Shown here: one piece after another, positions 56,977 through 64,000 of the stretch
Numbering within the stretch: position 1 is the stretch's first letter
Layout: each line of letters opens with the position of its first letter
NCBI GenBank assembly: GCA_052390235.1
Contig: JBQTHB010000003.1
Location: forward strand, 192,001 to 256,000
Origin: Deltaproteobacteria bacterium
GTDB taxonomy: Bacteria > Desulfobacterota_D > UBA1144 > Nemesobacterales > CSP1-2
DNA: 64,000 nucleotides
Direction of reading: 5' to 3'
Program-made: the position numbers and the translations under genes
The notes under the pieces: generated by a model
Databases searched by the model: none
What the model was told of the DNA's origin: nothing
Seen by the model: only the letters and a program-made list of their open reading frames with translations

Positions 56977-58113
56977 ATGAGCAGAAGAATCCTAGGCGGC
57001 AGAGACAGCGTCAAAGTAGCCGTAGCCCAGGCGTCCCCCGTGTTCATGGACAAACAAAAAACCGTCGAGAAGGCTTGCAAATTTATCCTTGAAGCCGGAC
57101 GGAACGGAGCGGAACTCATTGCCTTCTCCGAGGCTTTCATCGCCGGCTACCCTGCCTATTACACCGTCGGATACGAAACCCATCCCCAAGAATGGACGGA
57201 TTACATGATAGGGCTTCAGGACAATTCCCTCGTAATTCCCGGCGAGGACACCGAAATTTTATGCGAAGCCGCCCGCAGAGCCGGATGCTACGCCGTTATC
57301 GGATGCAACGAATGCTCAAGCCGCCCCGGGAGCCGAACCATCTATAACACGCTCCTGTTCATCGGTCGGGATGGGAACATCCTGGGCAGACACAGAAAAC
57401 TCATGCCCACCTACACCGAGCGCGTTTACTGGGGGCAGGGCGACGGGAGCGACATCAAAGTGTTTGACACCGACATCGGCAGAATCGGCGGGCTAATCTG
57501 CTGGGAGAACCACATGACCCTCGTCAGGGCGGCGATGATTCACCGGGGGGAGGAATTTCACATAGCTGTGTGGCCCGGAAACTGGAAGCGGGGGGAAACC
57601 GCTCTTCTTGCCGCCGACACCAGCCCTCAGGGCGGGCTCTGCAATTTGCAGTCCCTCATCCGAGTCCACGCCTTCGAGGCGGGGGCGTTCGTGCTTAGCG
57701 CGTGCGGCATATTAACATCGCAGGATTTCCCGCAAAAATGGGAGGGAGTGCGAGACGGCAATCACATTAACTACTCGTGGGCGGCGGGTGGAAGCTCGGT
57801 CGTGAATCCCGCCGGGCGGTACTTGGCAGAGCCGAATTTTGAAAAAGACGCTATACTCTACGCCGAGTGCCATGCGAATCAAATCAAAGCCGTCAAAGCC
57901 GTGTTCGACGCTCTGGGGCATTACTCGCGCTGGGACGTCGCCCGGCTTGAGGTGAGGCAGGAGGGATGGACGCCGGAGATGCCATTTACGGATTCGCCGC
58001 CGCGGGCGGGACTCCCTCAGAGCGAGATTCGCAGGATTTCGGATAAATACGAAATCGGCGCTGAAAAGCTGGAATCGCTGATTGAGGAAATCGCAAAGTC
58101 GCTGAAAAGCTAA
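56977..58113 (+). CDS. nitrilase / carbon-nitrogen hydrolase
   Basis: E-K-C triad: FSEAFIAGYP, HRKLMPT..ER..WGQG, ICWEN; D..GHYSR.DV. Confidence 0.92.
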   Translation: MSRRILGGRDSVKVAVAQASPVFMDKQKTVEKACKFILEAGRNGAELIAFSEAFIAGYPAYYTVGYETHPQEWTDYMIGLQDNSLVIPGEDTEILCEAARRAGCYAVIGCNECSSRPGSRTIYNTLLFIGRDGNILGRHRKLMPTYTERVYWGQGDGSDIKVFDTDIGRIGGLICWENHMTLVRAAMIHRGEEFHIAVWPGNWKRGETALLAADTSPQGGLCNLQSLIRVHAFEAGAFVLSACGILTSQDFPQKWEGVRDGNHINYSWAAGGSSVVNPAGRYLAEPNFEKDAILYAECHANQIKAVKAVFDALGHYSRWDVARLEVRQEGWTPEMPFTDSPPRAGLPQSEIRRISDKYEIGAEKLESLIEEIAKSLKS

Positions 58114-58187
58114 TGCGCGGGAATCAATCTCTCGTCCTTGCGGCGCTCGGCAACCTCGCAAAATATAAATGACACAGACAGCACGCC

Positions 58188-58709
58188 ATGATGAAAACAC
58201 TCGCCGCCGCCTTATTTATATTGATTGCCGCCTCGCGCTCCATTGCCGCGGATGTGGAAACCCTAGAGGTCGCCCCCTCGGTTGATTTATCCAGATACTG
58301 CGGGAAGTGGTATGAAATTGCGCGGCTTCCCAACCGGTTCGAGAAGAATTGCGCCGCAGACGTTACGGCTGAATACTATCCGGCTAAGCGCGGGGAGTTG
58401 AAAGTCGTAAACCAGTGTCGAAACGCCGAGGGAGCCGCCCGAAGAGCCGACGGAGACTCGAGGCTTGAGGTGAGATTCGCTCCCTCGTGGCTCTCGTGGC
58501 TTCCCTTTATGTGGGGGGATTACTGGATATTGGAGCTAGATGAGGATTACCGATACTCGCTCGTCGGCACACCGGACAGGAAATACCTCTGGATACTCGC
58601 AAGAGCGCCCGAAATTGAGCAACATCTCTACCTGAAACTTACGGACAGAGCGAGAGCCGAGGGATTTGATACGACTCGCCTTATAAAAACCCCTCACGCG
58701 CCGAAATAG
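58188..58709 (+). CDS. blc: bacterial lipocalin
   Basis: VDL.RY.GKWYEIAR.P..FE, GDYWI, Y.Y.LVG, LWILAR. Confidence 0.9.
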   Translation: MMKTLAAALFILIAASRSIAADVETLEVAPSVDLSRYCGKWYEIARLPNRFEKNCAADVTAEYYPAKRGELKVVNQCRNAEGAARRADGDSRLEVRFAPSWLSWLPFMWGDYWILELDEDYRYSLVGTPDRKYLWILARAPEIEQHLYLKLTDRARAEGFDTTRLIKTPHAPK

Positions 58710-58721
58710 CCCGCGGCAGAA

Positions 58722-59684
58722 TCACCTAGCGGCGTTTGCCTTGGTTCTGGTGATGGAGCCGATTTTCCCCCGAGCGTAGCCCGATTTGCGGGGGGCAACC
58801 ATCTGGAGATTATTGTAATTGGCTATTGCCATATCCCAGTTGCGCATGAATTCATAGCACTCGGCAAGGGAGAGATAGATTTTCTCCCTAAGCGCGTCAG
58901 CGACGGACACAAGCAAAAGCTCTTGGCTTATTTTGACGGATTTCTCGCAGTTGCCCTCTTTCTGCAGTCGGAGCGCGAGGGCGAATCTGGATTCAGCGTT
59001 TTGCGCCTGCGGCGGAGGCGCGCCTTGAGGGGGGGAATATAAACTGCTCGCCCCGGCTATTTCGAGGGATTTTGTACTCTGCGGCTCGGCATCCGCCGGA
59101 GGCTCGGATTCATTAAGGGCGGGGGCTTGGACTACAGGCTGAGGCTCAATTTGAACTGGCGCAGGGGAGGCGACGGCTTGAATCTGGGGCCCGGCATCCG
59201 GCAGAGGGGCTTGGGCAGGGGGGGGGTTCTCCGCCGCTGGGTTTAATTCAGATTTATCTTCGAGCCTAGACGAGTCCTGCTCAGCGGGAGGGGAAACTTT
59301 CCTAGCTATCACGCTAGTAGATGAAATATCGCCGCGCAGCCCTAATGACTTGAACGCTTCTTCGCCGTAGGAGAACCAGAAAAACAGGGCAATAGTAAAA
59401 CTCAGCGCTGGCACTAAAGCGGAGGAATAGAACCGCCTCCTCCAAAACGGCTTCTCGCCGCCAGTCTGCTTTTTTGCCCGCTCGGCTAACTTTGCCAGCA
59501 GTTCCGGGGAGAGTTGAGGAGAGGATTCTTCCTTGAGAATTCTCTTTATCTGCTTATAATCCTCTACCTCTCTAGCGCAGTCTGGGCAAACGACGAGATG
59601 TTTTTTTATCGCCTTCATCTGCGACTGGCTCAGATTGTTGCCGATAAAATCAATTAAAAGCTCTTCAAATTTATCGCAGTCCAT
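58722..59684 (-). CDS. zinc-binding (ZAS) anti-sigma factor with TM and C-terminal TPR
   Basis: MDC...HLVVCPDC, TM, Pro-rich linker, TPR-like end; overlaps ECF gene. Confidence 0.85.
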   Translation of the reverse strand: MDCDKFEELLIDFIGNNLSQSQMKAIKKHLVVCPDCAREVEDYKQIKRILKEESSPQLSPELLAKLAERAKKQTGGEKPFWRRRFYSSALVPALSFTIALFFWFSYGEEAFKSLGLRGDISSTSVIARKVSPPAEQDSSRLEDKSELNPAAENPPPAQAPLPDAGPQIQAVASPAPVQIEPQPVVQAPALNESEPPADAEPQSTKSLEIAGASSLYSPPQGAPPPQAQNAESRFALALRLQKEGNCEKSVKISQELLLVSVADALREKIYLSLAECYEFMRNWDMAIANYNNLQMVAPRKSGYARGKIGSITRTKANAAR

Positions 59685-60345
59685 ATTGCCGATCCTCTCT
59701 TTTCTCTCGCTCAAAGTAGCCCGCCTTAATAAAAACCTCGCGCAAATTCTGGAAAGCGTACCTAAGGCGGCTCTTCACCGTGCCAAGCGGGGACTGCGTA
59801 ATCTCGGCAATTTCCTGCAGGGACAGCCCCTCGACCTCCCGCAGCACAAAAACCTCTCTGAATTCCTCCCTCAAATCCCCGACGGCTCGCCGTAGCAGAG
59901 CCTGAGTTTCGCCGTCAATCGCGCTCTGTTCCTGGTCGGCGGCTTGAGCGCCCAAGATGTCCCGCAGGGAAAAATCTCCCTCCTCCGAGACAGCGCCGTC
60001 AAGCGATGAGTAGCATCTTAGGCGCTCCGTCCGTAAATAATCTATGCAGCGATTTCTCGCAAGCGTATATAGCCAAGTGGTGAATTTCTGCGCCGCGTTA
60101 AACTGACCTCTCTTCTCTATTACTTTTATGAACACCTCTTGGAGCAAATCCTCAGCGCGCGGCGCGTCAACCTTAGCCATTTTCATTATGAACCGCATCA
60201 CCGGGCGCCCGTGGCGGCGCAGGAGGAGGTCGAAAGCCCCTGAATCGCCGTTTTGGAATCTGGCCATAGCGTCCTCGTCCTTTGGCTCTTTTACAACGGC
60301 TGATTTTAATGATCCAAGCACGGAAGCGCCCACCGGCTGTCGCAT
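59671..60345 (-). CDS. ECF RNA polymerase sigma factor
   Basis: AEDLLQEVF, F.TWLY..ARN..ID, GLS..EIAE....GTVKSRL. Confidence 0.95.
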   Translation of the reverse strand: MRQPVGASVLGSLKSAVVKEPKDEDAMARFQNGDSGAFDLLLRRHGRPVMRFIMKMAKVDAPRAEDLLQEVFIKVIEKRGQFNAAQKFTTWLYTLARNRCIDYLRTERLRCYSSLDGAVSEEGDFSLRDILGAQAADQEQSAIDGETQALLRRAVGDLREEFREVFVLREVEGLSLQEIAEITQSPLGTVKSRLRYAFQNLREVFIKAGYFEREKREDRQYGLR

Positions 60346-60472
60346 ATTAATTACATTATACGATAAAAATCGAGAGCGGTTTTATTAATTTTTCATATTT
60401 ACAACAATTGCCCCACAGCCGCGCCGAGGGTGAACCTAGCGCGCGGTTTAAATCCTGTATAATATATCGCTT

Positions 60473-60715
60473 ATGAAACCCGAAGAGATAAAAGCAATGA
60501 TTGAGAGCGGACTTGCCGGCTCAGCGGTAAATGTGGATGGCGATGGAACTCACTTCGAGGCAGAAGTGATCTCAGCGGAGTTCAAGGGGAGGACGCTTCT
60601 CGAGAGGCATAAAATGGTCTATTCCGCCCTGGGAGAGGCGATGAAAGAGCGCATCCACGCCCTGTCGCTCAAGACCTATACGCCTGAAGAGGCAGATAAG
60701 CGGGGACGCAGATGA
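60473..60715 (+). CDS. bolA: BolA/IbaG family protein
   Basis: GDG.HF...VIS..F.G...RHKMVY, IHAL. Confidence 0.93.
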   Translation: MKPEEIKAMIESGLAGSAVNVDGDGTHFEAEVISAEFKGRTLLERHKMVYSALGEAMKERIHALSLKTYTPEEADKRGRR

Positions 60716-60790
60716 ACCGCATCCACTGAATCCGCCCGGCGAGGAATTGGGCGGGCAACTAAATAAAATAAAAAAGGAGGTATTCTCAAA

Positions 60791-61108
60791 ATGGCTGAAG
60801 AGATAATACAGAAAATCCAGTCCGAGATAGACCGCAACAGGATTTTAATCTTCATGAAGGGGACGAAGGATTTTCCACAGTGCGGCTTTTCGGCGAGAGT
60901 GGTTGAGATATTCAAATCCTACGGCGTGCCGTTTGAAACTGTGAACGTGCTGTCGAGCCCGGAGCTCAGGCAGGCTATCAAGGAATTCTCCAACTGGCCC
61001 ACGTTTCCACAGGTCTATATCGGGGGCAAACTCGTTGGCGGATGCGATATTTGCGTTGAGATGAACCAATCCGGCGAGCTAAGGGAACTGGCAACGGCAA
61101 CAGAGTAG
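60791..61108 (+). CDS. grxD: monothiol glutaredoxin Grx4
   Basis: FMKGT..PQCGFS, WPTFPQ, GGCDI. Confidence 0.96.
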   Translation: MAEEIIQKIQSEIDRNRILIFMKGTKDFPQCGFSARVVEIFKSYGVPFETVNVLSSPELRQAIKEFSNWPTFPQVYIGGKLVGGCDICVEMNQSGELRELATATE

Positions 61109-61277
61109 CGAGCGGGTTTCAGGACAAGATTCCTCGCTGGAGTATACGGCGATACCCTCGAAGCGGCAAATAACCGCCCGTTCTCCGATTGGCGGGAGGC
61201 GAGATATTTTCACCGCATACAACAACTTAAGATGAGTGCCCGATTCGAAAACATCAGCGGCTAAAGCGGCAATTTAA

Positions 61278-62219
61278 ATGGGAAAGAGAATTCTAATCAC
61301 CGGAGGCGCGGGGTTCATCGGCTCGCACCTGTGCGAGAGACTCCTCGGCGAGGGCAACGAGGTCGTCTGCGTTGATAACTTCTTCACGGGCGCAAAGGAG
61401 AACATAAAGCCTCTCATGGGGAATCCCTATTTTGAGGTGATGAGGCACGATATTTGTTTCCCCCTCTACGTCGAGGTTGACGAGATTTACAACCTCGCCT
61501 GCCCTGCCTCGCCCGTGCATTACCAATTTGACCCCGTGCAGACGACAAAGGTCAACGTCTCCGGCTCGATAAATATGCTGGGGCTTGCAAAGCGGCTCAA
61601 AGTCCGAATTTTCCAAGCCTCCACAAGCGAGGTCTATGGCAATCCAAGCGTTCACCCCCAGCCGGAGAGCTATTGGGGAAACGTCAACCCAATAGGCACT
61701 AGAGCCTGCTACGACGAAGCCAAGAGGTGCGCTGAAACCCTCTTTTTCGACTACCACAGACAGCACGGGTTAGACATCAAAGTCGTGAGGATTTTCAACA
61801 CCTACGGGCCCAGAATGCACCCAAATGACGGGCGCGTAGTGAGCAATTTTATTATTCAGGCGCTTCGCGGAGAAGATATTACTGTCTATGGCAACGGCTC
61901 TCAGACGCGGTCTTTCTGCTACGTTGACGACCTTATCGAAGGATTTGTGCGCATGATGGACACCGAAAGGGGATTTACGGGACCTGTGAACCTGGGCAAT
62001 CCCAGAGAGGTAACCATTCTAGAGCTGGCGACGATGATTATCGAGCTTACCGGCTCTCGCTCGAAGGTGGTTTTCAAAGCGCTCCCTCAGGACGACCCAG
62101 AGAGGAGAAAGCCCGATATTTCCCTCGCCAACGGGAAACTCGGCTGGCAACCCACGGTGCATCTCGAAGATGGACTCAGAACGAGCATAGAGTATTTTAA
62201 GGGAAAGCTCGGGATTTAG
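61278..62219 (+). CDS. UDP-glucuronate decarboxylase (UXS-like SDR)
   Basis: [48 protein letters not shown]. Confidence 0.93.
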   Translation: MGKRILITGGAGFIGSHLCERLLGEGNEVVCVDNFFTGAKENIKPLMGNPYFEVMRHDICFPLYVEVDEIYNLACPASPVHYQFDPVQTTKVNVSGSINMLGLAKRLKVRIFQASTSEVYGNPSVHPQPESYWGNVNPIGTRACYDEAKRCAETLFFDYHRQHGLDIKVVRIFNTYGPRMHPNDGRVVSNFIIQALRGEDITVYGNGSQTRSFCYVDDLIEGFVRMMDTERGFTGPVNLGNPREVTILELATMIIELTGSRSKVVFKALPQDDPERRKPDISLANGKLGWQPTVHLEDGLRTSIEYFKGKLGI

Positions 62220-62263
62220 AGCCGGCTCTGGCCCCGACTGCCGAGAAGCACAGAAACGGGCGC

Positions 62264-63322
62264 TCAGCAGATTCTAGGCAGTTGTTCCCCCGTGAGCATA
62301 TCCACAACCCTCGTGCCGCCGATTCTCGTCTTCATGAACACTATACCCGGATGCTCAGCCGTAATCTCTCCGATGACGACGGCGTCTGTGGCTAATGGGT
62401 TTTCCCTCATTTTTTTGACTATCGAGTCGGCGGCGTCTCTTGCGACTATTGCGATGAGTTTCCCCTCGTTCGCCACATATAGCGGGTCTAGCCCCAGGGT
62501 CTCGCAAGCCCCTTTGACCTCTCTGGTTATCGGGATTTTGCTCTCTTCGATGCGAATCCCCACGCGGGAGCTTGCGGCAAGTTCATTCAGCGCGCTGGCA
62601 ACGCCCCCGCGAGTAGGGTCGCGCATACAGCGGATTTCCAAGCTCACCGAGAGCATATCCGAGACTAGAGCGGCAAGAGAAGCCGTATCGCTCAGTATCT
62701 TGGTCTCGAATTCAAGCCCCTCCCTTACGGACATAATAGCTATCCCGTGAATCCCTATAGCGCCGCTTAGGATGACTCTATCTCCGGGCTTTGCCGCATC
62801 TGCCGAGATTCTCAGCTCTCTTTCAATAACGCCTAGCCCCGAGGTGTTGATGAAAATTTTATCAGCCTTGCCCCTGTCCACGACTTTAGTGTCACCCGTA
62901 ACGAGTTGAACCCCAGCAATATCTGCCGCAGTCTTCATCGAGACGACAATGCGCCATAAATCCTCCATCGGGAATCCCTCCTCCAGAATAAACCCCGCGC
63001 TGATGTAAAGGGGCTTCGCGCCGCTTACGGCAAGGTCGTTTACAGTGCCGTTCACGGCAAGCTCGCCTATGTCCCCTCCGGGGAAGAATATCGGGCTTAC
63101 AACGTAGGAGTCGGTAGTAAAGGCAAGGCGCGCGCCGTTTATCTCCAATGAGGCGGCGTCGTTAAGGGGAGAGAGAAGCGGGTTGCCGAATTGCGGGAGA
63201 AATATCTTTTTCATGAGGTCGGCTGAGAGCTTTCCGCCGCTTCCGTGCCCGAGCAGGACTTTTTTGTAGTTGGTCATCGGCATGGGACAACTCAGGGTGA
63301 ATAATTCGGCTTTCTCGGACAT
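62264..63322 (-). CDS. hypE: hydrogenase maturation carbamoyl dehydratase
   Basis: HGSGG, TTDSYVV.P.FFPGGDIG, GDTKVV, RDPTRGG, ANEG, C-terminal PRIC. Confidence 0.97.
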   Translation of the reverse strand: MSEKAELFTLSCPMPMTNYKKVLLGHGSGGKLSADLMKKIFLPQFGNPLLSPLNDAASLEINGARLAFTTDSYVVSPIFFPGGDIGELAVNGTVNDLAVSGAKPLYISAGFILEEGFPMEDLWRIVVSMKTAADIAGVQLVTGDTKVVDRGKADKIFINTSGLGVIERELRISADAAKPGDRVILSGAIGIHGIAIMSVREGLEFETKILSDTASLAALVSDMLSVSLEIRCMRDPTRGGVASALNELAASSRVGIRIEESKIPITREVKGACETLGLDPLYVANEGKLIAIVARDAADSIVKKMRENPLATDAVVIGEITAEHPGIVFMKTRIGGTRVVDMLTGEQLPRIC

Positions 63323-63452
63323 CGCGAGGCCTCCTGGAAATGTAGTTTGGTTTAAGACTCCGTATGAGAGTGAACCCGGCTAAACGCCGCTCCCGAGGGG
63401 ATTTCGTCAATTTCTGGATTCTCGCCCAAGAAGCCACATTCGGCGTGGACGG

Positions 63453-64000
63453 CTAAATAACGTCTTCTTCGCCCAATATGACGTGAATCATATCCCACAT
63501 TATGTGAAGCAGAGTCTCCTGAGTTTCCTGAATGCGGTGGATGCTATAAGTGGGAACAACGAAGCAGTGATCCGAAAGCTGAGGCATCTGGCCCCCGTCC
63601 TTTCCGGCAAAAGCGATAGTTATCATGCCCATCTCGCGCGCCGCCTTGAGTCCGCGTATTACGTTTGCAGATTTGCCGCTCGTGCTGATGCCCAGAGCCA
63701 TATCCCCCGCCCTCCCAAGGAGCTTTATCTGGTCGTGGAATATCATGGAGAAATCCTTATCGTTGCCGATGGCGGTCATGGTAGCCACGTCGTTCGTAAG
63801 GGCGATGGCGGGGAAAGAGCGGCGCTTTTCTATTATAGGATGCAGGAACTCTACGGCTACGTGCTGGGCATCGCAGGCACTCCCGCCGTTGCCCATGACT
63901 AGGAGTTTCCCCCCCTTCGTGAACGCCTCAGCCATCGCCTCGGCGAGACGGAGAATATTATCGGCGTTGTCCTCGAAGAATTTCTCCTTCTGCTCCATGC
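63453..64000 (-). CDS. SIS-domain (GmhA-like) protein, probably 5' partial
   Basis: GNGGS..DAQH, PAIAL, ISTSG.S.NV, RIQE; frame open to the window end. Confidence 0.85.
   Translation of the reverse strand, partial: MEQKEKFFEDNADNILRLAEAMAEAFTKGGKLLVMGNGGSACDAQHVAVEFLHPIIEKRRSFPAIALTNDVATMTAIGNDKDFSMIFHDQIKLLGRAGDMALGISTSGKSANVIRGLKAAREMGMITIAFAGKDGGQMPQLSDHCFVVPTYSIHRIQETQETLLHIMWDMIHVILGEEDVI

Noticed and set aside
56977..58113. Nitrilase as part of hydrogenase cyanide-ligand metabolism
   Set aside because: 4 kb from hypE, on the opposite strand, separated by unrelated genes; no supporting evidence.

Overview
Bacterial chromosomal window, mostly housekeeping genes. The split F0 ATP synthase operon, carD, archaeal-type apgM, ispE-tRNA-Gln and long RNase II suggest a deltaproteobacterium-like lineage, possibly Dadabacteria/Desulfobacterota; this is an unverified inference. 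In order it contains: hemL-atpZ-atpI-atpB-atpE; two DUF4398-OmpA/Pal paralogues around cpoB; carD-DUF58-BatA/vWA; glnE; a TPP enzyme; fabH; a membrane-anchored 62-aa repeat protein; a five-gene Ser/Thr phospho-signalling cluster; a cobalamin-riboswitch-controlled btu uptake operon; livHMGF; prmA, mtnA, dksA, obgE, rnb, tRNA-Gln and ispE; a stress islet (BON protein, 11-mer-repeat Met-rich lipoprotein, gdx/sugE, exported msrAB); several hydrolases; an ECF sigma/anti-sigma pair; bolA-grxD; and the end of a hydrogenase maturation locus (SIS protein, hypE). Several REP-like intergenic palindromes are present. I saw no CRISPR array, integrase, transposase or rRNA. The best candidate for an undescribed system is 19025-25265: an exported trypsin protease-TM-FHA protein, a membrane Hanks kinase, a lipoprotein, a Zn-ribbon/degenerate-FHA protein and a membrane PP2C, next to the Thr/Pro-rich repeat protein. 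All family calls come from motif recognition by eye; no searches were run.
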